Below are positions 9,279 through 17,715 of a stretch of DNA of 32,000 bases, in pieces. Positions within the stretch are counted from its first letter, which is position 1, and each line of letters begins with the position of its first letter. The notes under the pieces are model-generated. The model saw only the letters and a list, made by a program, of their open reading frames with translations, searched no databases and was not told where the DNA came from. The DNA lies in sequence record HF562234.1. One strand, given 5' to 3'. The position numbers and the translations under genes are program-made.

Positions 9279-11426
9279 ATGAAAATTTCTTGGAAATGGC
9301 TAAATGAAATCCTTGATGTCTCTAATATATCATTAGATAAAATAACAAAAAAACTAATATTAGCTGGGTTTGAAATTGAAAGTATTGAAGACAAACCTAA
9401 TATTCAGGATAAAATTATTGATATCAGTATTACAGCAAATCGAGGTGACACATCAAGTATTATAGGACTTGCCAGAGAAATTAACACTCTATTTAATTTA
9501 AAAAGCCTATATATTAACAGGAATTATTACTTAAATTATAAAAATAGATCTAAAAAATTTATAAAAAAAAATAATTATATCAATGTAATAAAGACTAATG
9601 CAATATTAAGTTGTCATCTCAATACAATTGTCAATTTACGAAAGTGCTCATCGCCAATCTGGCTAATTAATTATTTAAAAGCGTATGAGATTAAATCAAA
9701 TAATATAATACAAGATATACAAGAATACATAAAAATCAAATGGGGACAAGATATTGAAATTTTTGATTTAGATAAAGTCAATTCAATTACTTCTAGTGGA
9801 CCTATAATAAATATTGAATTAGTAAAACAAACAAGTAGATGGATGGATACAATTAATACTAAACATATTAATAATGATGTATCTATTGAATTGCTCAAGT
9901 ATACCAATAAAACTTTATCAGTAATTGGAATCCAATCTAATCCAGAATTTCAATGTGATGACAATACTTCTTCAATTATAGTAGTTGGTACTACTTGCAA
10001 GAAGCAATATTTGAAAAAGATTATACAAAATATTAATTATAAGACAGAAAGAATACAACGACATTTAAAATATACTTCAATTGATGATTTGATTCAAGGA
10101 TACAATGAAACCATTCAAATAATTTCGCATTTAACTAAAGGTAAAATAGGACAGCCATATACTATTGGCAAAAATCAGTCTAGCAAGAGAGAAAAAACTA
10201 TTTACGTAAATAGAAAACAGATAATCAATATATTAGGTCCTGTACAAAACAGTTATGGACAAATATGTCAAAATAAAATACTTGAAATTCTACAGCAATT
10301 AAATTTTAAACCTGAATTTGTAAATGACCATTTTCAAGTTACTATTCCACAATATAGACAAGAAGACATTCAAAGAACTGCAGATGTAATTGAAGAAATA
10401 GGCAGAATATATGGATTTGACAACTTTATTGATACGTTACCAGCTTACACTAATAAAGGTAAAATCTCTAAACATATCAAATACATAGATAAAATGCGCA
10501 ATAGACTTAGTTATTTCGGATTACACGAACTTATTAATTATTCTCTTTCAACTCAAGACAAAATACATAATTCAACAATTCAATTGTATAATTCTTTACT
10601 AGATGATCAATCACAATTAAAAGATAATCTGATTGAAAATTTAATTCTTGCAAAACAATATAATATTCAAAAGAAAAACTTATTTATCGAATTTTTTGAA
10701 ATCGGTAAAGTATTTAATAAAGAATATCAATCTAAAAAAGAGTCTAAATATATAGAAAGTTTAAATTTAGCTGGAATACTAGGAAATGATAATTTTTATA
10801 AAGCATCATGGCAAGATAGATCTCACAGTCTGAGCTGGTTTCAAGCAAAAGGTTTACTAGAAGATTTTTTCGAACAAATAGAAATAAAAGTTAATTGGGT
10901 TAAACCTTATTCTAATCTAAGGTTTAATAAATGTTGGAATTCTATTTGCCATCCTTATCGATTATCTATTTTGTGCAATCAAGATACACAAGAGCCTATT
11001 GGAATATTTGGTGAACTAAATACTAAATGTAATAACAATATAAATAGCAGCCACAGAACCTATGTATTCGAACTTAACTTATACAAACTCATACAAGCAA
11101 AAAAAAATACAGAACATTTATCTTACATCTATCGACCCTATTCTAATTATCCAATTGTTATTAGAGATATCTCAATTAAAGTCAACAAGAATAATACAGC
11201 AAGAGCTATTCAAACAGATATACTAAATCTTAATAATCCTTTAATTAAGTCAGTTGATATATTAAGCGAATACAAAAGTCATCATTCAAATTCTTATAGA
11301 AATATAGGTTTACGTATTAAATATCAATCGAACTTAAAAACGCTGAACAATATAGAAATTGATAATATAAATAATGAGATTAATCAATTAGTAAGCAATA
11401 TATCAAAGAATAATCATTTAATGTAA
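9279..11426 (+). CDS. pheT: phenylalanyl-tRNA synthetase beta subunit, 715 aa
   Basis: The N-terminal MKISWKWLNE is the B1 domain start. ITANRGD matches the bacterial TPNRAD motif. The B5 region is present (TIPQYRQEDIQRTADVIEEIGRIYGFDN, compare PSWRFD....DL.EE.AR.YGY.N), as is a C-terminal FDX-ACB domain (YRPYSNYPIVIRDISI). Confidence 0.9.
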   Translation: MKISWKWLNEILDVSNISLDKITKKLILAGFEIESIEDKPNIQDKIIDISITANRGDTSSIIGLAREINTLFNLKSLYINRNYYLNYKNRSKKFIKKNNYINVIKTNAILSCHLNTIVNLRKCSSPIWLINYLKAYEIKSNNIIQDIQEYIKIKWGQDIEIFDLDKVNSITSSGPIINIELVKQTSRWMDTINTKHINNDVSIELLKYTNKTLSVIGIQSNPEFQCDDNTSSIIVVGTTCKKQYLKKIIQNINYKTERIQRHLKYTSIDDLIQGYNETIQIISHLTKGKIGQPYTIGKNQSSKREKTIYVNRKQIINILGPVQNSYGQICQNKILEILQQLNFKPEFVNDHFQVTIPQYRQEDIQRTADVIEEIGRIYGFDNFIDTLPAYTNKGKISKHIKYIDKMRNRLSYFGLHELINYSLSTQDKIHNSTIQLYNSLLDDQSQLKDNLIENLILAKQYNIQKKNLFIEFFEIGKVFNKEYQSKKESKYIESLNLAGILGNDNFYKASWQDRSHSLSWFQAKGLLEDFFEQIEIKVNWVKPYSNLRFNKCWNSICHPYRLSILCNQDTQEPIGIFGELNTKCNNNINSSHRTYVFELNLYKLIQAKKNTEHLSYIYRPYSNYPIVIRDISIKVNKNNTARAIQTDILNLNNPLIKSVDILSEYKSHHSNSYRNIGLRIKYQSNLKTLNNIEIDNINNEINQLVSNISKNNHLM

Positions 11427-11797
11427 AGAGTAAGTCTTAAGCCGGATTCTGTTCTTCATTTGTAATTATAATAAAAATACAGATACAAAAAGGGTAGTTA
11501 TTCATCTAGAGTTATTTATCTTAATTAACTTCTTGCAGATTTAAACAATTAATAATTATTATAATCAAAATTACTTTACTCTATATATGGGGTTTACCAA
11601 GCAAATATTATTACAATACTTCTGGTGCGCTCTTACCACACCTTTGCATCCTTACCTAAATTTTATATAGGCGGTTTTTTTCTGTGGCACTTTCCTCGCA
11701 ATTGCTTACACTATTTGTTAAATAGCTATATATTTTAAATAGAGACCGGACTTTCCTCAAATTTGTACAAAAATTTGCAACTACCTATGCTTACTCT
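11427..11797 (-). ncRNA. rnpB: RNase P RNA, bacterial/cyanobacterial type A
   Basis: The reverse complement carries all the universally conserved type-A blocks in the correct order: GAGGAAAGTCCGG (P4 5' half), GCGAGGAAAGTGCCACAGAAA, GGTAAGGATGCAAAGGTGTGGTAAGAGCGCACCAG, GGTAAACCCCA and ACAGAATCCGGCTTA (P4 3' half). The termini AGAGTAAG...CTTACTCT can pair as P1. The ends are accurate to within a few nt. Confidence 0.9.
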
Positions 11798-11870
11798 ATA
11801 ATTATATAATATTATATTAATTGATATATATGCAAATCAAATTTTATTAAAAGAATATTATACACACAAT

Positions 11871-12665
11871 ATGAAAACGGATAAAGGATTTACAGACAGT
11901 AATTTTGCATCTATGCTCAATGAATATAATTACAATTTACATCCTGGTGATATAGTTGCTGGAACAATTTTTAACCAAGAAGAAAAAGGTTTTTTAGTTG
12001 ATATTGGCACAAAGATGGCCGGCTTTTTACCACATGAAGAACTTACTTTAAATAACAACATTATAAAAGAAAAGTATATACTTTATGTACCTAATGAAAC
12101 TAGAGAATTTTTTCTTTTAGCTTATAATAAAATTACAAATCAACTAATTTTATCAATCAAAAGATTGGAATATATTAGAGCATGGAAAAGAATTAAACAA
12201 ATAGAAAATGAAGACATAATATTAAGTAGTAAAATAATAAGCAAAAATAAAGGTGGTGCAATAGTAAATGTAGAAGGTTTAGATGGATTTATACCTAATT
12301 CACATTTAACAATCAATATAGACAAAAAATTGATAAATAAGCAATATATAAAGTGTAAACTACTATTAGCTAATGAAAAGGCAAATCAACTAATTCTTAG
12401 TAATAAAAAAGCTAGCTTATCTATGTCATCCAATAAATTAAAAATAGGAAAAATTGTCACAGGAAAAATTATTAAGATAGAAAATTATGGAATTTTTATA
12501 CAAATATATGGAATTATAGGATTATTACATATATCTGAAATTGGAAATAAGAATATACAAGATATTCATCATATTTTCAATATAGGAGATCATATCACAG
12601 TTAAAATTTTACATATAGATTTAGAACAAGGTCGACTATCAGTTTCAAGACGTTACATAGATTAG
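11871..12665 (+). CDS. rps1: 30S ribosomal protein S1 (short plastid form, three S1 motifs), 264 aa
   Basis: Three repeats of the S1 OB-fold pattern are present (GDIVAGTIF...GFLVDIG..GFLP; GGAIVNVEGLDGFIPNSHL; GKIVTGKIIKIENYGIFIQI...GLLHISEI...GDHITVKILHIDLEQGRLSVS). Confidence 0.85.
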   Translation: MKTDKGFTDSNFASMLNEYNYNLHPGDIVAGTIFNQEEKGFLVDIGTKMAGFLPHEELTLNNNIIKEKYILYVPNETREFFLLAYNKITNQLILSIKRLEYIRAWKRIKQIENEDIILSSKIISKNKGGAIVNVEGLDGFIPNSHLTINIDKKLINKQYIKCKLLLANEKANQLILSNKKASLSMSSNKLKIGKIVTGKIIKIENYGIFIQIYGIIGLLHISEIGNKNIQDIHHIFNIGDHITVKILHIDLEQGRLSVSRRYID

Positions 12666-12889
12666 CCACCACCAACAATTGTAATGACTTCTAATCTATC
12701 TCGATCTACTAATACAATATTAGAAAATTGATTGCTGTTTATTATCTCTTTATTATACTCTACTACAATAGAACCTATTTGAAAGCCTAAATAAATCAGT
12801 AAATCATATAAAGACATTGTACGAGAACAATTAAAAGCTTCACCATTGACAAAAATTGTATTATACAGAATATTCATAATTAAAAACAT
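12662..12889 (-). CDS. thiS: thiamine-biosynthesis sulfur carrier ThiS (older name ycf40)
   Basis: This is a small ubiquitin-like protein ending in the obligatory C-terminal GG (..LEVITIVGGG*), with the FVNGE pattern near the N-terminus. The true start may be the second Met (MNILYNT...), 12 nt downstream of the ORF-track start. Confidence 0.72.
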   Translation of the reverse strand: MFLIMNILYNTIFVNGEAFNCSRTMSLYDLLIYLGFQIGSIVVEYNKEIINSNQFSNIVLVDRDRLEVITIVGGG

Positions 12890-12926
12890 AGACGTAATAT
12901 AAAAAAACTATTATAATAGTATTTAT

Positions 12927-13001
12927 GGCGGGTGTAGCCAAGAGGTTAAGGCAATGGATTGTGATTCCATCATTCGCGGGTTCGACTCCCGTCATTCGCC
13001 C
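12927..13001 (+). tRNA. trnH: tRNA-His (anticodon GUG) with genome-encoded G-1
   Basis: G-GCGGGTGTAGCCAAGAGGTTAAGGCAATGGATTGTGATTCCATCATTCGCGGGTTCGACTCCCGTCATTCGCCC has anticodon loop TT-GTG-AT. The extra 5' G opposite C73 is typical of bacterial and plastid tRNA-His. Confidence 0.92.
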
Positions 13002-13630
13002 TCATTTATTGCAATTTTCTGACTCAAAATAAATCGAGCTAGTTCTGTACGATTTTTCGTTGAAGTTTTATTGAGTAATCTACTTACATATTTTTCAACA
13101 TTTTTAATACTTATATTTAGGCATGCAGCTATATCTTTATTTCGAAGACCTTTAACCACTAACTGTAAAATAGTTGTTTCTCTATTTGTAAAACTAATAA
13201 CAGATAACTGTGAATTATTTTTTTTCTTATTTTTTTTTGCTGTATATTTTTGTAATAAAGAAATATGAGTAAATAAACTACAGATAATAGACAATAATTC
13301 TTTAGGGTCAAAAGGCTTAGTGATATAGGCATTACAGCCTAAATCATAAGCTTTAATTCTATCATTAGTCATTCCTTTAGCTGTTAAAAATATTACTGGA
13401 ATACCGCATAATTTTTCATCTTCTTTCAACTTAGAAATAAAAGTATATCCATCTAACTTAGGCATCATAATATCAGCAATAATCAAATCTGGCTTATTTT
13501 TTTTTATACTTAATAAAGCAGTATTAGCATCTTGACAAGACTCAACAAAAAAACCCTCTGATTTTAGATATGAAGAGATAGAATCTCTTAAATATATATC
13601 ATCATCAACAAGTAATAATTTTCTTTTCAT
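12992..13630 (-). CDS. ycf29: two-component response regulator with LuxR/NarL-type HTH output, 212 aa
   Basis: The receiver domain has intact acidic pocket and phospho-acceptor residues (LLVDDD..., DLIIADIMMPKLDGY, LTAKG, KPF). The C-terminal output domain is LuxR-type (TNRETTILQLVVKGLRNKDIAACLNISIKNVEKYVSRLLNK). Confidence 0.8.
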   Translation of the reverse strand: MKRKLLLVDDDIYLRDSISSYLKSEGFFVESCQDANTALLSIKKNKPDLIIADIMMPKLDGYTFISKLKEDEKLCGIPVIFLTAKGMTNDRIKAYDLGCNAYITKPFDPKELLSIICSLFTHISLLQKYTAKKNKKKNNSQLSVISFTNRETTILQLVVKGLRNKDIAACLNISIKNVEKYVSRLLNKTSTKNRTELARFILSQKIAINEGE

Positions 13631-13686
13631 ATTGATATATTATAAAATACATTGAGTGATTACATATACAACTATTTAGACCAATT

Positions 13687-14319
13687 ATGAAATGGATTAA
13701 TTATTTTACAGTATATAAAATACCTTTTTATATATATAAACTCAATAAAGGTGATTCCATCATCTATATGAACTATAAAAAGCAATGTACATCAATTATT
13801 ATCACATACGGTATACTGCATTTATTAAAAATTTTTACAAATAAAGAAATTATAACAATCGGTATTTTAGGTAAAGAAAATATTATACATTCATTAACAG
13901 AACAAAAGAATTGCTACTATCAATTAATTGCTATTGAAGAAAGTTTTTTAGTGAGCTTTAAATGGTCCGATTTAATTACTAGCTACAATTCATACAATAA
14001 TAATTATTTATTTATAAATATACTTAATGCATATCAAAATACTCTAAATAAATATGAGATGATGAATCAAATTTTAATACATAAATATACAAAAAATAGA
14101 ATTATACAGTTAATTTTATTTTTATGCAAAGAATTTGGTTTTATTCAACAAAATTTTATCATATTGCCATTCCAATTTTCACAAATAACTATGAGCATAG
14201 TAACAGCTAGTAATAGATCCACTATAAACAAAGTTATGAAAAAATTATATAGAAAAAATACTATTTTTTACTCACATAATAAATATATATGCTTAGTAGA
14301 CCCTTTTCAATTACTTTAA
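13687..14319 (+). CDS. ntcA: CRP/FNR-family transcription regulator, NtcA-like, highly diverged, 210 aa
   Basis: The size and architecture fit the CRP family. The C-terminal HTH SQITMSIVTASNRSTINKVMKKLYRKNTI aligns with the NtcA/CRP recognition-helix region (S...A...G..R.T..R....L.....I). The N-terminal beta-roll is only weakly recognisable. In red algal plastids this gene is called ntcA or ycf28. Confidence 0.6.
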   Translation: MKWINYFTVYKIPFYIYKLNKGDSIIYMNYKKQCTSIIITYGILHLLKIFTNKEIITIGILGKENIIHSLTEQKNCYYQLIAIEESFLVSFKWSDLITSYNSYNNNYLFINILNAYQNTLNKYEMMNQILIHKYTKNRIIQLILFLCKEFGFIQQNFIILPFQFSQITMSIVTASNRSTINKVMKKLYRKNTIFYSHNKYICLVDPFQLL

Positions 14320-14450
14320 ATTAAAAATAAAGAATTGTTATGCTAAATCATATATAAATGTTATAATAAGATCTATGTAATTAAACTATCTCTCATAGTA
14401 TCATAGTTGTCTAAATGTAAAATAATTTATATAATAGTCGATTCATCGTT

Positions 14451-15098
14451 ATGAGTAAAGTATACGATTGGTTTGAAGAAAGATTAGAAATTCAAGCAAT
14501 AGCAAATGATATCACAAGTAAATATGTACCTCCTCATGTTAATATCTTTTATTGCTTAGGAGGAATTGTATTTACATCATTTTTAATTCAAGTAGCAAGT
14601 GGTTTTGCTATGACATTTTACTACAGACCAACTGTTACAGAAGCGTTTTCTTCTGTTGAATATATTATGACCGACGTCAACTTTGGATGGTTAATTAGAT
14701 CTATACACAGATGGTCGGCAAGTATGATGGTTTTAATGCTTATACTTCACATGTTCAGAGTATATTTAACAGGTGGATTTAAGAAACCACGTGAATTAAC
14801 ATGGGTTACAGGAGTTATATTAGCTGTACTAACTGTATCTTTTGGTGTTACAGGCTATTCATTACCGTGGGATCAAATTGGATATTGGGCAGTTAAAATT
14901 GTAACTGGTGTACCAGAAGCTATACCAGTAGTTGGTGGCAGTATAGTTGAATTACTAAGAGGAAGCGTGAGTGTTGGACAAAGTACCTTAACTCGATTTT
15001 ATAGCTTACATACATTTGTCTTACCTTTATTAACAGCTGTCTTCATGTTAATGCATTTTTTAATGATACGTAAACAAGGTATATCAGGACCTCTATAA
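14451..15098 (+). CDS. petB: cytochrome b6
   Basis: [38 protein letters not shown]...[35 protein letters not shown] gives a full-length 215-aa cytochrome b6 without an intron. Confidence 0.97.
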   Translation: MSKVYDWFEERLEIQAIANDITSKYVPPHVNIFYCLGGIVFTSFLIQVASGFAMTFYYRPTVTEAFSSVEYIMTDVNFGWLIRSIHRWSASMMVLMLILHMFRVYLTGGFKKPRELTWVTGVILAVLTVSFGVTGYSLPWDQIGYWAVKIVTGVPEAIPVVGGSIVELLRGSVSVGQSTLTRFYSLHTFVLPLLTAVFMLMHFLMIRKQGISGPL

Positions 15099-15144
15099 AT
15101 ATAAAACCTTATAAGCTAAACAACTGAAATACAGGAATTTTCAT

Positions 15145-15627
15145 ATGTCTATTATCAAAAAACCCGATTTAACTGACCCAAAACTACGAGCAAAACTAGC
15201 GAAAGGTATGGGACACCATTACTACGGTGAACCTGCATGGCCTAATGATATATTTTACATGTTTCCAGTAGTGATTTTAGCAACTATCGCATGTGATGTA
15301 GGATTATCTATACTAGAACCTTCTGTTCTTGGCGAAAAAGCAAATCCGTTTGCTACACCACTAGAAATATTGCCTGAGTGGTATTTTTTTCCTACTTTTA
15401 ATTTACTAAGGGTTATTCCAAATAAATTAATAGGTGTCTTATCTATGGCATCTGTACCATTTGGATTAATTACTATACCATTTGTTGAAAGTATTAATAA
15501 ATTTCAAAACCCTTTCCGAAGACCTATTGCAACTAGTGTATTTTTAATAGGTACATTTGTTAGTATATGGCTAGGTATTGGAGCAACCATGCCTTTATCT
15601 AAAGCACTTACATTAGGCGTATTTTAA
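15145..15627 (+). CDS. petD: cytochrome b6f subunit IV
   Basis: [39 protein letters not shown]...[18 protein letters not shown] gives 160 aa. The gene lies 46 nt downstream of petB, the usual petB-petD arrangement. Confidence 0.97.
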   Translation: MSIIKKPDLTDPKLRAKLAKGMGHHYYGEPAWPNDIFYMFPVVILATIACDVGLSILEPSVLGEKANPFATPLEILPEWYFFPTFNLLRVIPNKLIGVLSMASVPFGLITIPFVESINKFQNPFRRPIATSVFLIGTFVSIWLGIGATMPLSKALTLGVF

Positions 15628-15644
15628 TTAAAAATTGTAATTAA

Positions 15645-15688
15645 AAAATAATAAGACAGCTAATAATTATTAGCTGTCTTATTATTTT
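15645..15688. terminator. 44-nt perfect palindrome between convergent petD and rpl12 (candidate bidirectional terminator or RNA 3'-end hairpin)
   Basis: The sequence aaaaataataagacagctaataa|ttattagctgtcttattatttt pairs perfectly at every position from 15645 to 15688 around the centre 15666/15667. It starts 18 nt after the petD stop, and its right arm touches the rpl12 stop codon (15687-15689). Confidence 0.65.
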
Positions 15689-16082
15689 ACTTAATTGATA
15701 CTTTAGCACCTACTTCTTCTAATTTATCTTTCATTTCTTCTGCATCTTCTTTAGAAGTTCCTTCTTTTAATACCTTAGGTACTGATTCTACTAAATCTTT
15801 TGCTTCTTTTAAGCCCAAACCAGTAAGTGAACGTACAATTTTTAGAATGGCTATTTTTTTTGCACTAGGAACTTCTTCCAATACTAAATTAAACTCTGTC
15901 TTTTCTTCTTCTTCATTTGTACTATTATCACCTCCTGCGCTTGGCATTACTAGCATATTAGAATTAGCAGCAACAGATGCATCAACGTTAAAAACATCCT
16001 CTATTTGACTTACTAGCTCCGCAGCTTCTAAAAGAGTTAAAGTTTTCAAGTCTTCTACAATCGATTCAATTTTATTAACCAT
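15687..16082 (-). CDS. rpl12: 50S ribosomal protein L7/L12
   Basis: The protein has the N-terminal dimerisation helix, an acidic/Ala hinge and a C-terminal domain ([53 protein letters not shown]). Confidence 0.95.
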   Translation of the reverse strand: MVNKIESIVEDLKTLTLLEAAELVSQIEDVFNVDASVAANSNMLVMPSAGGDNSTNEEEEKTEFNLVLEEVPSAKKIAILKIVRSLTGLGLKEAKDLVESVPKVLKEGTSKEDAEEMKDKLEEVGAKVSIK

Positions 16083-16149
16083 AATATAAAATAGATAAAT
16101 AACAAATAAATATAATAAGCAGTAAAAAAGTTTATAGATAAATGATATA

Positions 16150-16863
16150 TCAACTTACCTTTGATTCAATTTTTTTCAATAGATTAATATCTAATGGAAT
16201 TGATGGTCCCATTGTACTGGATAAATAAATATATTTCCAGTACTTACCTTTTGAACCTGAAGGACGATTTTTATCAATTGATTCTTGTAAAGCAATTAAA
16301 TTTAAATATAAATCATCAGATATAAAATTTAATTTACCGAATGGAACGTGTACAACACCTGAACGATCAATTCGATATTCTAATTTACCAGCTTTAAAAT
16401 CAGTAATAGCTCGTTTTAAATCTACAGTCACCGTACCTGCTTTAGGTGATGGCATTAAACCTCTTGGACCCAAAATTCTACCCATTTTTGCTACCAAAGG
16501 CATTACATCAGGAGTTGCAATTAATTTATCAAAATTTAGATGACCTTGCATAATTTGATCTATTAAATCTTCTGAACCAACTAAATCAGCATTTGCAGAT
16601 AAAGCTTGTGCAACTTTTTCACCTTTTGTAACAACAGCAACACGAACTACTTTTCCTATTCCTTTTGGAAGTATTACAGTAGACCTTAATTGCTGATCCG
16701 CATGCTTAGGATCTAAAGCTAATACGATATGTGCTTCTATTGTTTCATCAAATTTCACATTAGACACATCTTTTAATAAATTTATTGCTTCTAAAGGACT
16801 ATATAACTTATTTTTATCAACCTTTTGTAAAGCTTGTTGGAAACGGCGTGAATGTTTACGCAT
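16150..16863 (-). CDS. rpl1: 50S ribosomal protein L1
   Basis: This 237-aa protein shows the L1 pattern ([29 protein letters not shown]...[16 protein letters not shown]). Confidence 0.95.
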   Translation of the reverse strand: MRKHSRRFQQALQKVDKNKLYSPLEAINLLKDVSNVKFDETIEAHIVLALDPKHADQQLRSTVILPKGIGKVVRVAVVTKGEKVAQALSANADLVGSEDLIDQIMQGHLNFDKLIATPDVMPLVAKMGRILGPRGLMPSPKAGTVTVDLKRAITDFKAGKLEYRIDRSGVVHVPFGKLNFISDDLYLNLIALQESIDKNRPSGSKGKYWKYIYLSSTMGPSIPLDINLLKKIESKVS

Positions 16864-16873
16864 ATTGACAATT

Positions 16874-16881
16874 ACCTCCTT
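16874..16881 (-). promoter_or_regulatory. Shine-Dalgarno AAGGAGGT for rpl1
   Basis: The reverse complement of acctcctt is AAGGAGGT, 10 nt upstream of the rpl1 ATG in the 22-nt rpl11-rpl1 spacer. Confidence 0.7.
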
Positions 16882-16885
16882 AACA

Positions 16886-17308
16886 TTAAGTTACTTGGAT
16901 ACCCATGCTATTTGCTGTTCCTTTAATAATTAACATTGCTTTTTCTATATCTTGTGTATTTAGATCTTGCAATTTTAATTCTGCTATTTCTTTTAACTGT
17001 TGATTAGAAATAGAGCCTACTTTATCTATGTTTGGTTTACCTGATCCTTTTTGAAGACTAGCTGCTTTAGATAATAAAACTGAAGCCGGAGGAGTTTTTA
17101 AAATAAACGAAAAACTACGATCTTCATAAACAGAAATTTCTACTGGTATTACTAAGCCAACTTTTTGAGCAGTTCTAGCATTATATTCTTTACAAAACAT
17201 AACAATATTCGCACCATATTGCCCTAACGCTGGTCCTACTGGTGGAGCTGGAGTGGCTTTGCCTGCATTTAGAGCAAGTTTAATAAGTCCAACAATTTTT
17301 TTAACCAT
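16886..17308 (-). CDS. rpl11: 50S ribosomal protein L11
   Basis: [35 protein letters not shown] is the L11 N-terminal signature. The rpl11-rpl1-rpl12 order is a conserved cluster. Confidence 0.95.
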   Translation of the reverse strand: MVKKIVGLIKLALNAGKATPAPPVGPALGQYGANIVMFCKEYNARTAQKVGLVIPVEISVYEDRSFSFILKTPPASVLLSKAASLQKGSGKPNIDKVGSISNQQLKEIAELKLQDLNTQDIEKAMLIIKGTANSMGIQVT

Positions 17309-17404
17309 AAAATCTTAATTAATACAATATTAAATAAAAGTATAAAAAGTAAATCAGTATAATAAAGATACAATCCTCATTGTAATAAAACAACTTTATT
17401 AATC

Positions 17405-17433
17405 ATTATATGAATAATATATTATTTTTCCAA
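17405..17433 (-). promoter_or_regulatory. candidate promoter of the rpl11-rpl1-rpl12 cluster (TTGGAA-N17-TATAAT on the minus strand)
   Basis: On the minus strand, TTGGAA (plus-strand 17428-17433) and TATAAT (plus-strand 17405-17410) are separated by exactly 17 nt, about 97 nt upstream of the rpl11 ATG. Chance matches are frequent in AT-rich spacers. Confidence 0.3.
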
Positions 17434-17528
17434 TAGCCTAAAATATAATCTCATCAATAAATACAGAATTCTATTAAATCAACATAAAAATATAACCATT
17501 TATCTTAATTTATTAATAGAACTTATAT

Positions 17529-17601
17529 CACGCCTTGAAGGACTTGAACCCTCGACATTAGGTTTTGGAAACCTACGTTCTACCACCTGAACTAAAGGCG
17601 T
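17529..17601 (-). tRNA. trnW: tRNA-Trp (anticodon CCA)
   Basis: The reverse complement ACGCCTTTAGTTCAGGTGGTAGAACGTAGGTTTCCAAAACCTAATGTCGAGGGTTCAAGTCCTTCAAGGCGTG has acceptor stem ACGCCTT/AAGGCGT and anticodon loop TT-CCA-AA. Confidence 0.92.
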
Positions 17602-17715
17602 ACTATAACATTATAATAGTCAATATCTATAAATGATAGAAAATTACGATTTATAATATATTGTTAAGTATAAACATACTATAATAATTTTATCTTAAGT
17701 TAAATTATATCAATT

